From Nitrospirota bacterium (GTDB lineage Bacteria > Nitrospirota > UBA9217), in assembly GCA_033854515.1 (NCBI GenBank), contig JAWOJY010000033.1, positions 1 through 60,656 of the forward strand: a DNA stretch of 60,656 bases, read 5' to 3'. The notes beneath the pieces were generated by a model. That model did not search any database. It was not told the DNA's origin and worked only from the letters and a program-made list of their open reading frames with translations. A program made the translations under genes and the position numbers. Positions 47,048 through 56,883 of the stretch are shown here, piece after piece (the stretch's first letter is position 1; each line of letters starts with the position of its first letter).

Positions 47048-47138
47048 AATCAACGCCGGCCGTCCTTTCCCGGGCATCGGGTATCGGCCGATTGCTTGCG
47101 CCGGACTATCCATATCTTTCGATCACAAGGGGGTCCTC

Positions 47139-47891
47139 ATGAAGTATGTTGTGTCTCTATTAATCCTGCTGCTTCTCGCCGGAATCGGAGCGGGAGCGTA
47201 TTTTTATATAAACATGTATCAACCACTTGAAATAGACTATGCCAGGTTGAAAGCGGGCATGCCGGAACTCGACCGGGCGAAGGCCGAGCTTAAAAAATAC
47301 AGGGACAGGGAGAGCTGGATAAAGCCGGCGCTGGAAACGCTGAAAGCAGGACTGGCCGATGAAATAAACGGGGGCAAGGCCGAAGTCGTTGCAGCAACGA
47401 ATGGTACGGTGGTGGTCGATTTGTCGGAACAGGTGCTCTATACTCCGGGCTCGAGGACCTTCGCCAAGAACAGCGTGCAGACACTTGCAAAAATCGCGAC
47501 ATTGCTGAGAAACGAGGGTGTAAAGGGTAAAGACATCATCATCGCGAATATTACAGAACCCGTCCCGCCTCAAACAAAGGGGAGAAAAAGGATCCCCGGC
47601 AAAGACGCGAGGGAACTCGCGTGCGAGCGCTCTTACGAGTTGGTGAAATATCTTGAAAAAAACGGTGTTGCTCCTGAATCGCTCGTTGCCGCGGCCTATC
47701 CTCCAAAACCGGCGGACAGAGGATTCAAGCTCAAGGACCACAAGACCATCTTCGTCATCGGCTACCCTGCTTCTCCTGCTCAGGGAGGGGCGGCGCCCAA
47801 ACCCGAGACGAAACCTGCCGGGCCCGCGTCGGCACGACCCGGCCAGCCCAAACCGATTCCTATTTCTCCAACGCCGCCGAAAACGAACTGA
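47139..47891 (+). CDS. OmpA/MotB-like domain protein with an N-terminal TM anchor and a Pro-rich tail
   Basis: TM helix YVVSLLILLLLAGIGAGAYFYI, a coiled region, an OmpA-like segment (ARELACERSYELVKYLEKNGVAPESL) and the tail PKPETKPAGPASARPGQPKPIPISPTPP. Confidence 0.6.
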   Translation: MKYVVSLLILLLLAGIGAGAYFYINMYQPLEIDYARLKAGMPELDRAKAELKKYRDRESWIKPALETLKAGLADEINGGKAEVVAATNGTVVVDLSEQVLYTPGSRTFAKNSVQTLAKIATLLRNEGVKGKDIIIANITEPVPPQTKGRKRIPGKDARELACERSYELVKYLEKNGVAPESLVAAAYPPKPADRGFKLKDHKTIFVIGYPASPAQGGAAPKPETKPAGPASARPGQPKPIPISPTPPKTN

Positions 47892-47994
47892 CCGGGCGAA
47901 GGCAGCGGGCAAGGCGGGTGACAGCGGTTATACGAACTGAACGCCGCATAATTTTTCCTCTGGACCATTGAATCTCGGCTGTCATGAGGATTAT

Positions 47995-49122
47995 ATGTCC
48001 GAAGAACGCTTACGAGCACGGATTACGGAGCTGGAGAGAGAACTCGAGCAGTCAAACACACAAGCAAAGACAGTGGGGCACCTGCTCGAGAAAAAGCTCA
48101 ACGAGATCTATACGCTGTACCATATCTCGCGGACAATCGGCTCGCTCCTGGACATCCAGGAGATGTTCCGGCAGGCAACGGGCATAATCAAGAAAGCCAT
48201 AGCTTTTGACCGCATATCGGTCTTCCTCCTGGACGAAAAACGAGAAAAACTCGAACTGTGTTTTTTCAGCGGTCTGGACATCGACCGGAAAATAACCTTG
48301 AACGTCGGAGAAGGGACCCCGGGCAGGATCGTTGAGAGCGGCGAACACGCCCACATTCACGACCTCTCGGTTTTCTACAGGACCTTCAATGACTTCATTC
48401 ATTACCCTGACGAATTAAAACGGGACGGGTCCTATGTCGGCATCGCCCTCAAGATTCACAATACGACGACCGGGGTCATCGGCCTGGACAGCCCCGTAAA
48501 GTACGGTTTGAGCGTGGACGACATGGACTTCATGGCAGTGCTTTCCCACCAGATAGCAGCGGGCATTGAAAAGGCGCATCTCTTCGAGAGAATCGATAAG
48601 CTTTCACGGATCGACGATCTCACGCAGCTGTATAATTACAGGATATTCCGGGAGAAGCTTCTGCAGGAAATAACGCGACGCAACAGAACGCGGAAGCCTA
48701 TTTCGCTTGTGATGCTGGACATCGACCACTTCAAAGCATTCAATGACAGCTTCGGTCATCAGGAGGGTGACGCCGTTCTCAGGGAACTCGCCGACATCAT
48801 CAAGGGACAGACCCGTTGCAACACAATCGACGTATGCTGCCGCTACGGCGGCGAGGAGTTCGCCGTCATCATGCCCGAGATCGAAATTCACAACGCCGTA
48901 AAAGTGGCCGAAAGGCTCAGGAAGACCATCGAAGACCACAGGTTCAGCATCAAAGAAAAGCATCCTGAAGTCGAGGTTACCGTGAGCCTCGGCGTCGCAG
49001 GGATCACGGGTAAGGACGACGTCGATCCCGAAGAACTTATCAAAAAAGCGGACGAAGCGATGTACCTTTCCAAGAAAAACGGCAGGAACCGGGTAAGCTA
49101 CTCCCCTGCAGCGGACCGGTAA
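47995..49122 (+). CDS. GAF-domain diguanylate cyclase (GGDEF)
   Basis: ATG at 47995 follows GAGGA. A GAF region is followed by DHFKAFNDSFGHQEGD and the active site RYGGEEFAV. Confidence 0.85.
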   Translation: MSEERLRARITELERELEQSNTQAKTVGHLLEKKLNEIYTLYHISRTIGSLLDIQEMFRQATGIIKKAIAFDRISVFLLDEKREKLELCFFSGLDIDRKITLNVGEGTPGRIVESGEHAHIHDLSVFYRTFNDFIHYPDELKRDGSYVGIALKIHNTTTGVIGLDSPVKYGLSVDDMDFMAVLSHQIAAGIEKAHLFERIDKLSRIDDLTQLYNYRIFREKLLQEITRRNRTRKPISLVMLDIDHFKAFNDSFGHQEGDAVLRELADIIKGQTRCNTIDVCCRYGGEEFAVIMPEIEIHNAVKVAERLRKTIEDHRFSIKEKHPEVEVTVSLGVAGITGKDDVDPEELIKKADEAMYLSKKNGRNRVSYSPAADR

Positions 49123-49253
49123 CACCTCGGAGCGTTGCCGAACCGCGACACGAGCTTCGTTGACGGGGCAGGGATCCCTTAGTATATTGCGCTTTCATAA
49201 TCCGTGCCAATCCGCGCGAATACGCCGCCATATGCCTTTTCACGTTCGATCCT

Positions 49254-50012
49254 TCACTCCAGCCTTCGCCCCGCCGTGCTGAAAAGCGGTAACGTCCTCA
49301 AACCCGCCTTCTGCAGCGCGTATTTCCAGGTGGTGGCGAGGACCCCGAAACCGTACTTGACGCTGCGCGTGAAATTTATCGACGACGCCTCTTCGAAGTA
49401 TCTCGCTGGGCAGCTTATCTCTCCTATTTTTAACTCGAACCAGGCAGCCTGGGTTATCACTTCATTGTCGAATACAAAGTCGTCGGAGTTTTCCTCTAGT
49501 GGAAGGGATTCCAGTGTCTTTCGACTGAACGCGCGGTATCCCGTATGATATTCGGAAAGTTTGATGCCGAGCACGAGGTTCTGCACGAAGGTAAGGCCCC
49601 TGTTTGCAATGTATTTATATAGCGGCATTCCTCCTGTGCGCGCTTCACCGCCCAGAATCCGGGAGCCTAATACAATATCATAATGCCCGGAAACGATCAT
49701 GGAGGCCATTGCCGTTACCAATTTCGGTGAATATTGGTAGTCGGGATGGACCATGACCACAATATCGGCCCCGTGACGCAGCGCCTCGCGGTAGCAGGTC
49801 TTCTGGTTACCGCCATATCCCCTGTTTTCAGGATGGATTATGGTTCTGATGCCCAGCTCACGGGCCAGTTTCGCCGTGTGGTCGCCTGACGCGTCATCGA
49901 CGAGGATAACGTCGTCGACGTATTCATGAGGCAGTTCTTCGTAAGTTTGTCGAAGGGTCTTTTCAGCGTTATATGCCGGCATTACCACGACAAGTTTCTT
50001 GTCATGAATCAT
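49254..50012 (-). CDS. Glycosyltransferase family 2 (polyprenyl-phosphate glycosyltransferase-like)
   Basis: [36 protein letters not shown] and VMVHPDYQY. Confidence 0.8.
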   Translation of the reverse strand: MIHDKKLVVVMPAYNAEKTLRQTYEELPHEYVDDVILVDDASGDHTAKLARELGIRTIIHPENRGYGGNQKTCYREALRHGADIVVMVHPDYQYSPKLVTAMASMIVSGHYDIVLGSRILGGEARTGGMPLYKYIANRGLTFVQNLVLGIKLSEYHTGYRAFSRKTLESLPLEENSDDFVFDNEVITQAAWFELKIGEISCPARYFEEASSINFTRSVKYGFGVLATTWKYALQKAGLRTLPLFSTAGRRLE

Positions 50013-50460
50013 CGAAAACCCCGTCTTCCTGAAAGATCAAAGTCATTCAAGTCCCTACCCACTCCGCCGGAATGAAAGTCCTTTGGCTTTCCCTTCCTGT
50101 CGGGACTTCGGTAAACCCTGTTCATGGTTGTAAAACGGAGAAGAACCAGGATAAGAACCATCAACAATTTTGTGCTGGATTTATACCATAAAAGACCAAG
50201 CCGTTCATTTTAACGGAACAAATCGACCGGATATTCATGAAACGGCAATCCATGCATGAATTGAGAAAAAGACACTTCATGTCTCGCCAATCGGGATAAG
50301 GATGAATCGAGGTCTCGGGAGTATCTAAAAGCAATTGGCATATCGCGCAGTTGATCAACTGATGTGTTATGATCAATTTATGAGGACTTTTTTGAGGGAA
50401 GCGGCCCGGAATCGTGCACATAACGCGCAAGCCAGTGCAGCGCCGGTACAGAGACAGGCG

Positions 50461-51207
50461 TCACTTTCCTGAGTTTTTCTGCTGCATTACTTTCTGCTGG
50501 ATCTGACTTAAGACCAGAAGAGCCTGTCCCCTGCTGTACTGGTCAGGAGCCATGGACAGGAATCTCTTTATATACCGGTACGCCTGTTCATAATGCCCTG
50601 ACTGTTCGAAGCACAATGCCGCATTCCAGTATCGGGACGGATTGTCAGGCTCCAATTCAACGGCCCTCACGAAGTATCCTGTTGCCTTCTCGCTTTCTCC
50701 CCTGCTCATATAAATCTCACCCATGATGTTCCACGGCTCGGCCCGGAGCGGATTAACTCTGGCGGAGTTTTCCGCGTAAGGCAAAGCGCTGTCGAAATCC
50801 TGCTTGTTTAAAAAAGCGACTGCTATATTGTTCATCAAGTCTGCATCGAGGACCGCGTAATTCAGTCCTTTCTGCCAGGCCATGATGGCCTCATCGATCT
50901 TGCCCATCCTGAAATAGACTACGCCTATCTCCCGGTATACATCGCGCATGGGCACGCTTCCATCGTTCAGTGAAAGGACCTTGTCGAACTCCTTGAGGGC
51001 CTGTTCGTAAAATCCGGCGCCTGAAAGCGCGAAGCCGTAGTTCTCATGGGTTCTCTGTTTGTCCGGAGACCGCATAACCGCGTTTTCCCATAGGTGCACC
51101 TTGTCGATGTATATCGAGTTCCGCGAGTATGCCGCGACGGCAAGCGGAACGATAATGATCGCGGAAATCAGCACCATCATGGATTTCGTATTCACCAGCG
51201 TCTTCAT
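50461..51207 (-). CDS. TPR-repeat protein with an N-terminal TM anchor
   Basis: TM helix MMVLISAIIIVPLAVAAY, then about 5 TPR-like repeats (YEQALKEFDKVLSLN, IDEAIMAWQKGLNY, SEKATGYFVRAVELEP, YEQAYRYIKRFLSM). Confidence 0.75.
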   Translation of the reverse strand: MKTLVNTKSMMVLISAIIIVPLAVAAYSRNSIYIDKVHLWENAVMRSPDKQRTHENYGFALSGAGFYEQALKEFDKVLSLNDGSVPMRDVYREIGVVYFRMGKIDEAIMAWQKGLNYAVLDADLMNNIAVAFLNKQDFDSALPYAENSARVNPLRAEPWNIMGEIYMSRGESEKATGYFVRAVELEPDNPSRYWNAALCFEQSGHYEQAYRYIKRFLSMAPDQYSRGQALLVLSQIQQKVMQQKNSGK

Positions 51208-51315
51208 AATCGGGAATTTTATATTGGCCGGAATAGTAAGTCAAGAGAAATCAGGGCAAAAGCCGGGGTCACGGTCGCCCTCGAATATCGTGATCGCGCG
51301 GCGAACAGAAAATGT

Positions 51316-51344
51316 TTGACAAACCAAGGTATCGGATGTAAAAT
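51316..51344 (+). promoter_or_regulatory. Candidate sigma-70 promoter for the arnT operon
   Basis: TTGACA (51316-51321), a 17-nt spacer, then TAAAAT (51339-51344), about 90 nt upstream of the arnT ATG. Confidence 0.45.
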
Positions 51345-51434
51345 TTTGTTTTTTAAAAGTATGTTCAGACTTTATTTTGATTCAGACGGACAGATCTCTA
51401 TGCCGGCGGATTTTAAATCATACCCAACGGGTCC

Positions 51435-53114
51435 ATGAATCCTGAAATCCAACAAACCGCCAATCGAAGAACACATGATATTCTCCTCTTGACCCTCGCT
51501 TTTGGCGTCTTCTTTCTCTTCATGATCGGCAATCGTCCCCTGTCAGTGCCGGACGAGGGCCGCTACGTTGAGATTCCCCGTGAAATGGTGGCCACCGGAG
51601 ACTACGTTACCCCGCGACTGAACGGCGTCAAATACTTCGAAAAACCCGTTCTCCTCTACTGGCTCGAAAGCGCGTCGATTAAACTCTTCGGCCTTAAGAT
51701 ATGGGCGCTCCGTTTCTGGCCCGCGCTGTTCGCCCTGATCGGCTGCCTCGCGGTTTACGTGGCCGGCAGAAAACTTTACTGTCGACGGACCGGGATCATT
51801 GCCGCCGCGGTGCTTGCAACAAACCTGCTTTATTACGCACTGAGCCGGGTGATCATTCTGGACATGCCCGTATCCGCGCTCCTTACCGTCTCGCTCCTCT
51901 CATTCCTGCTCGGTACCCACGAGCCGCCCGGGACGAAACGGCGTCTCTATTTCTGGTCTTTCTATGCGTTCATGGCTCTTGCAACCCTGACAAAGGGGCT
52001 GATCGGAATTCTCATTCCCGCCATGGCAATCGGCGCATGGATCATCATCCTCAATGAATGGCGAATGCTCAGGATGATGTATCTGCCCACGGGCCTGGTC
52101 CTGTTTCTGCTCATCTCGGCGCCGTGGCATATTCTTGTCGGACGGGCAAACCCCGAGTTCTTCAATTTTTACTTTGTCCACGAACATTTCGTCAGGTATC
52201 TCACGAAAGTGCATAACCGCTACCAGCCGTTCTGGTATTTTATCCCGATCGTGATCGTGGGGCTGTTCCCCTGGTCGGTCTATCTTGTCCAGGCGGTCAC
52301 ATACAATCTTCCCGCTTCCTGGCGGGAGCGTCACGAACACAGGGACACCCTATTTCTGCTGCTCTGGGCTGGACTGGTGTTCCTCTTTTTTTCGGCTTCG
52401 GACTCGAAACTCATTCCCTATATTTTGCCGGTATTCCCGCCACTCGCACTTTTGATCGGCAGATACTTTGCTGCGGCCTGGAATGTTCGCGATTTCCCCG
52501 GCATCCGGACCGGCACCGCGGCGCTCCTTATCGTCTCGGCGGTTCTCTGCGCGGGTATGTTCTTCCCGCCGCGTTATCTTGACTTGCCGGATGCACGGAA
52601 AGTGGGCAATTTTGTGTATGCGTTCGCAGTGATTCTCCTCACCGGAACTGTGCTGACATGGTTTCTCGGGCGGCATCGCGGCTTTCGATGGGCTTTTGCC
52701 GCCCTATGTGCGACCATTGTGGTCTTTCTGCTCGTCGTGAATGGGGCCGCCTCACGCGCGGACACACGTTCCATAAAAAGTCTCGCCGATACGCTCAAAG
52801 CAAGACTCCACCCGGGTGATGAAGTCGCCAGCTACGAGACGTACTACCAGGACCTGCCCGTGTATCTCGAACGTCGCATCATCGTGGTGGACTGGAAAGG
52901 CGAGCTTGAATTCGGCACAACGGTCGATGACGCGGCCGCCTGGATGATTGATGATGCGGCCTTCTGGAAAAAATGGCAGAGCACGGAAACCGTGTACATG
53001 CTCACCAAACGGGAAACATATGATGTTCTGATGAAAAATCCGGAAAGGAAACTCTATCTGGTCGCGCAGACGGACGATAACGTTCTTGTTGCCAATAAGG
53101 AGATGAAGCCATGA
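51435..53114 (+). CDS. arnT: ArnT-like GT-C glycosyltransferase (undecaprenyl-phosphate-L-Ara4N:lipid A transferase family)
   Basis: 559 aa and polytopic. PDEGRYVEIPREMVATGDYVTPRLNGVKYFEKPVLLYWL matches the ArnT/PMT_2 first-loop signature. Linked to arnBCAD. Confidence 0.75.
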   Translation: MNPEIQQTANRRTHDILLLTLAFGVFFLFMIGNRPLSVPDEGRYVEIPREMVATGDYVTPRLNGVKYFEKPVLLYWLESASIKLFGLKIWALRFWPALFALIGCLAVYVAGRKLYCRRTGIIAAAVLATNLLYYALSRVIILDMPVSALLTVSLLSFLLGTHEPPGTKRRLYFWSFYAFMALATLTKGLIGILIPAMAIGAWIIILNEWRMLRMMYLPTGLVLFLLISAPWHILVGRANPEFFNFYFVHEHFVRYLTKVHNRYQPFWYFIPIVIVGLFPWSVYLVQAVTYNLPASWRERHEHRDTLFLLLWAGLVFLFFSASDSKLIPYILPVFPPLALLIGRYFAAAWNVRDFPGIRTGTAALLIVSAVLCAGMFFPPRYLDLPDARKVGNFVYAFAVILLTGTVLTWFLGRHRGFRWAFAALCATIVVFLLVVNGAASRADTRSIKSLADTLKARLHPGDEVASYETYYQDLPVYLERRIIVVDWKGELEFGTTVDDAAAWMIDDAAFWKKWQSTETVYMLTKRETYDVLMKNPERKLYLVAQTDDNVLVANKEMKP

Positions 53115-53476
53115 AGTATCTGCCGATTATTCTGCTGGGCGTCCTGCTCAACGCTGCGGCGCAACTCATGCTCAAGGAGGGCATGCGCCGCATCGGCTAC
53201 TTCGATTTCGCCCTTGCAAATGCGGTCCCAATCGCGCTGCAGGTCGCCCGCAACGTTTTCATCATCGGCGGTCTCGTGCTCTACGTGGTGAGCGTTGCGG
53301 TCTGGCTGCTGGTGCTGTCACGCGTGGAGGTGAGCTTCGCCTATCCCCTGCTCAGCGTAGGGTATATTGTAAACGCCGTGGCCGGTTACTACTTGTTCCA
53401 GGAAAACCTCTCGCTGACGCGCATCACCGGCATTTTCATCATCGTTGTCGGCGTGTATTTTGTGACGAGGAGTTAA
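53111..53476 (+). CDS. SMR/EamA-like 4-TM protein, ArnE/ArnF-type flippase subunit candidate
   Basis: 121 aa with 4 TM segments. ATGA overlap with the arnT stop. It is the only such gene in the cluster. Confidence 0.6.
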   Translation: MKYLPIILLGVLLNAAAQLMLKEGMRRIGYFDFALANAVPIALQVARNVFIIGGLVLYVVSVAVWLLVLSRVEVSFAYPLLSVGYIVNAVAGYYLFQENLSLTRITGIFIIVVGVYFVTRS

Positions 53477-53577
53477 GATGTATCCGTAAATCTTGAGATT
53501 TCCTTGGCGCTCTTTGCGTCTTCGCGGTAATATTTCCACGGTATCGTTCCGGTTGTGATACATTTAAGAGGAAACCC

Positions 53578-54747
53578 ATGTTGGACAATGCAAATCAGGA
53601 ATTTCTGCCTTTCTCGCGGCCGACCATCAGCCGCGAAGCGATCAATGAGGTGGTTGCCTGCCTAGAGTCGGGTTGGATCACCACCGGCCCGCGCGTAAGG
53701 AAGTTCGAAGAAGACCTCAGGGCCTACACAGGCGCACCGTACGTGCTCACGCTCTCGTCCGCCACCGCCGGGCTCCATCTTGTCATGGCCGCACTGAAAC
53801 TCAAACCTGGGGACGAGGTAATTACCACGCCCATGACGTTCGCGGCCACGCTGAACACTATCGTCCTGGCAGGCGGCAGGCCCGTGCTCGTGGATGTTGA
53901 ACCTTCGACGTACAACATGGACGTAACGAAAGTGGAGAACGCCGTAACGCGACGAACGCGCGCCATCATGCCCGTGCATTTTGCCGGGCTTCCTGTTGAC
54001 CTCGACCCGATCTACGAGGTCGCAAAGAAGCACAACCTCAGGGTGATCGAGGACGCGGCCCACGCTATCGGGACCGAATACAGAGGGAGACGCATCGGCA
54101 GCTTCGGCGACACCCAGGTCTTCAGTTTTCACCCGAACAAGAACATGACTACGGGCGAAGGCGGCGCAGTCGTAACGCGCGATGAAGAGCTGGCAAAGAC
54201 CGTGGCCCTGCTCCGTTTCCACGGCATGGACCGCGAAGCCTGGGACCGTTTCAGCAAGAAGGGAAGCCAGCACTATGAAATCGTGGTACCGGGCTTCAAG
54301 TATAATATGATGGACATCCAGGCCGCGCTCGGCCTGCATCAGCTCAAGCAGCTTGGCGGCTTTAACAAGCGCCGTGCAGAGCTTGCGCTTCGGTACCAGA
54401 AGCTCCTGGCAGGCTGGCCGCAGTGGAATCTGCCGGGCACGCCGTCCTATCCCCATCTCCACGCATGGCATCTCTATACTCCGCTCATAAATCCCGGGGC
54501 CGCGGGCATGGACCGGGACGCCTTTATGCAGGCGATGAAGGAGCGGAATATCGGCACCGGGCTGCACTACCGGGCGGTACACCTCTATCCGTACTACCGG
54601 GAGCACTTCGGGTTCAAAAGGGGAGATTTCCCGAACGCCGAGACCGTCTCGGACCGCATCGTAAGTCTGCCGCTGTTTCCTACGCTGGCCGATGCGGACC
54701 AGGACCGGGTAATCGCGGCTATGGAAGATTTATTCGGGAGGAAGTAA
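53578..54747 (+). CDS. arnB: UDP-4-amino-4-deoxy-L-arabinose--oxoglutarate aminotransferase
   Basis: QEFLPFSRPTISREAINEVVACLESGWITTGPRV, FSFHPNKNMTTGEGG, HLHAWHLY and GIGTGLHYRA run collinear with E. coli ArnB. Confidence 0.85.
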   Translation: MLDNANQEFLPFSRPTISREAINEVVACLESGWITTGPRVRKFEEDLRAYTGAPYVLTLSSATAGLHLVMAALKLKPGDEVITTPMTFAATLNTIVLAGGRPVLVDVEPSTYNMDVTKVENAVTRRTRAIMPVHFAGLPVDLDPIYEVAKKHNLRVIEDAAHAIGTEYRGRRIGSFGDTQVFSFHPNKNMTTGEGGAVVTRDEELAKTVALLRFHGMDREAWDRFSKKGSQHYEIVVPGFKYNMMDIQAALGLHQLKQLGGFNKRRAELALRYQKLLAGWPQWNLPGTPSYPHLHAWHLYTPLINPGAAGMDRDAFMQAMKERNIGTGLHYRAVHLYPYYREHFGFKRGDFPNAETVSDRIVSLPLFPTLADADQDRVIAAMEDLFGRK

Positions 54748-54748
54748 C

Positions 54749-55690
54749 ATGGGCAATCCGTACGTAAGCGTAGTTATCCCTGTGTACAACGAGGAGGCAA
54801 ACCTCGAGAATCTGTATGCACGGCTGACCACGGTCATGGACAAGCTGGAAAAACCCTTCGAAATACTGTTCACAAACGACGGGAGCCGAGACCGCTCCGG
54901 AGATATACTCAAAGAGTTCCACCGGCGCAGGCCAAAACAGGTCCGCGTCATAGACTTCAATGGAAACTTCGGCCAGCACATGGCCATTATGGCGGCCTTT
55001 GAGCGGGTACGCGGCGACGTGATCGTTACCCTCGATGCGGACCTTCAGAATCCGCCGGAGGAGATTCCCAAACTGCTCGATGCGATCGAAGCTGGGCACG
55101 ACGTGGTCGGCGGCTACCGCAAAAAACGCCAAGACAGCTTTTTCCGGACCCATGCGTCGAAGCTCATTAACGGCATCCGCGCCCGCATCACCCATATACG
55201 CATGCGTGACCAAGGATGCATGCTCCGCGCCTACCGGAACAGTATCGTGAAGCACATCACCGCAAGCGGCGAAACATCCACGTTTATTCCGGCGCTTGCC
55301 TACAGCTTTGCCGCAAACCCTGCGGAGGTGGAAGTGGAGCACGCGGCGCGCGCTGCCGGCGAATCCAAATACCGGCTCTATGACCTTATCCGGCTCAATT
55401 TCGACCTTATGACGGGGTTCTCGGTCGTCCCGCTCCAGGTGTTCACTCTCTTCGGCATGATCGTGTCGGTCATCAGCACATTGTTCGTGGTCTACCTCTT
55501 TATCCGACGCATCGTCATCGGGCCGGAAGCGGAAGGCATTTTCACCCTGTTCGCGATACTTTTTTTCCTCGTGGGCATCGGGATCATGGGCCTCGGCATC
55601 ATCGGAGAATATGTGGGCCGGATCTATCAGGAAGTCCGGAAGAGACCGCGCTTCGTGATCCGCGAAGTCCATGAGAAACTCGATGAATGA
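54749..55690 (+). CDS. arnC: Undecaprenyl-phosphate 4-deoxy-4-formamido-L-arabinose transferase
   Basis: VSVVIPVYNEE, NFGQHMAIMAAF, TLDADLQNPPEEIPKLL, GCMLRAYR and GESKY, plus two C-terminal TM segments and GEYVGRIY. Collinear with E. coli ArnC. Confidence 0.85.
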   Translation: MGNPYVSVVIPVYNEEANLENLYARLTTVMDKLEKPFEILFTNDGSRDRSGDILKEFHRRRPKQVRVIDFNGNFGQHMAIMAAFERVRGDVIVTLDADLQNPPEEIPKLLDAIEAGHDVVGGYRKKRQDSFFRTHASKLINGIRARITHIRMRDQGCMLRAYRNSIVKHITASGETSTFIPALAYSFAANPAEVEVEHAARAAGESKYRLYDLIRLNFDLMTGFSVVPLQVFTLFGMIVSVISTLFVVYLFIRRIVIGPEAEGIFTLFAILFFLVGIGIMGLGIIGEYVGRIYQEVRKRPRFVIREVHEKLDE

Positions 55691-56621
55691 GGAATACTCC
55701 GTGACGAAACCCGGCATACTCGTCTTTGCGTATCACGACGTGGGGTATGAGTGCCTGGACGTTCTCACAAAGCGGCGCGAGGATATCGTTGCGGTCATCA
55801 CCCACGAAGACAACCCGAACGAGCAGATATGGTTCAAGTCCGTGGCCGCTCTCGCGCGCAAGAACGGCATCCCCGTGTACACGCCCGGGTCCGTCAACAC
55901 GCCTGAGTGGATCAGCCGCATCAGGAAGTGGAATCCGGCCCTCATTTTTTCGTTCTATTACCGGAACATGATCGCGCAGGAGATCCTCGATATTCCGCGT
56001 CTCGGCGCTTTCAACATGCATGGCTCGCTCCTGCCCAAGTATCGCGGCCGGGTGCCGATCAACTGGGCGGTGCTCCATGGGGAAAAAGAAACCGGCGTCA
56101 CCCTCCATTACATGGTGAAGCGGGCCGATGCCGGGGACATCGTGGACCAGGAGGCCGTACCAATCGGACCCGGGGACACGGCGCAGGACGTGTTTAAAAA
56201 GGCCGTAAAAGCCGCACGTCGCGTGCTTGAGCGCCGGCTTGAGGAACTTGTGCAAGGGAGAGCTCCGCGGCGAAAGCAGGACGAATCCAAAGCCACTTAT
56301 TTCGGGGGCCGTAAGCCCGAGGACGGCCGCATCGACTGGAGCAGGAGCGCGGAAGCGATCTACAACCTTATCCGCGCCGTTACCCACCCCTATCCCGGAG
56401 CTTTTACCACTGCAGAGGGGAAAAAACTTTTTATCTGGTGGGCACGGCCGTCGGAAGGCGGGAAAGAAAAGCACGGGCAGGTGATCTCGGTCAGTCCTCT
56501 GCGCGTGGCAACGGGGGCAGGAACCCTTGAGATCGTGAAGCTTCAGTGGGAAGGGTCGCGGGAAGAAGACGCCGCGGCCGGAAAGCACGGATTGAGCGCC
56601 GGACGCATACTCGGTAATTAA
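55671..56621 (+). CDS. arnA: UDP-L-Ara4N formyltransferase (ArnA N-terminal-domain homologue as a separate protein)
   Basis: ILVFAYHDVGYECL and FNMHGSLLPKYRGRVPINWAVLHGEKETGVTLHYM (formyltransferase HxSLLPxxRG). The start may instead be the ATG at 55683. Confidence 0.8.
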   Translation: MRNSMNEEYSVTKPGILVFAYHDVGYECLDVLTKRREDIVAVITHEDNPNEQIWFKSVAALARKNGIPVYTPGSVNTPEWISRIRKWNPALIFSFYYRNMIAQEILDIPRLGAFNMHGSLLPKYRGRVPINWAVLHGEKETGVTLHYMVKRADAGDIVDQEAVPIGPGDTAQDVFKKAVKAARRVLERRLEELVQGRAPRRKQDESKATYFGGRKPEDGRIDWSRSAEAIYNLIRAVTHPYPGAFTTAEGKKLFIWWARPSEGGKEKHGQVISVSPLRVATGAGTLEIVKLQWEGSREEDAAAGKHGLSAGRILGN

Positions 56622-56652
56622 CCTGCAAAACTAGCAAGAGGCGAACCTGTAA

Positions 56653-56761
56653 ACCCCGTTAGAGAACATGTTCTCTAACGCTTATGGATTGTGGCTTTTA
56701 CCACAATCTATTTGATAGAAATCAGCCGCAGAAAGGAGTCGGCGGCTTTCTCTAACGGGGT
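56653..56761. repeat. Inverted-repeat element of about 108 bp (MITE/REP-like or structured RNA) in the arnA(FT)-arnA(DH) spacer
   Basis: Arms are ACCCCGTTAGAGAA (56653-56666) and TTCTCTAACGGGGT (56748-56761). A third arm copy makes a perfect 24-nt palindrome CGTTAGAGAACATGTTCTCTAACG (56657-56680). Internal hairpins lie at 56685-56710 and 56724-56747. Confidence 0.7.
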
Positions 56762-56883
56762 AAACTGAACCGCAAAGTACGCACAGTTCAGGTCGTTATT
56801 ATGCATTTCTTGGCGGCCTTGGCGACATTGCGGGAAATTCCTTCGCTTTTTGAACTTTTTAACAATCCAAAACGGAGAATAAC

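Noticed and set aside
50161-50430. 89-aa Cys-rich minus-strand ORF (two CxxC pairs) in the 448-nt gap
   Set aside because: It has a TTG start, no Shine-Dalgarno, codon usage unlike neighbouring genes and no recognisable family. This is not enough to call a CDS. It is mentioned under the gap finding.
53504-53518. Sigma-54-like TTGGCGCTCTTTGCG upstream of arnB
   Set aside because: The GG-to-GC spacing is 2 nt shorter than the -24/-12 consensus (TGGCAC-N5-TTGC), so it is unlikely to function.
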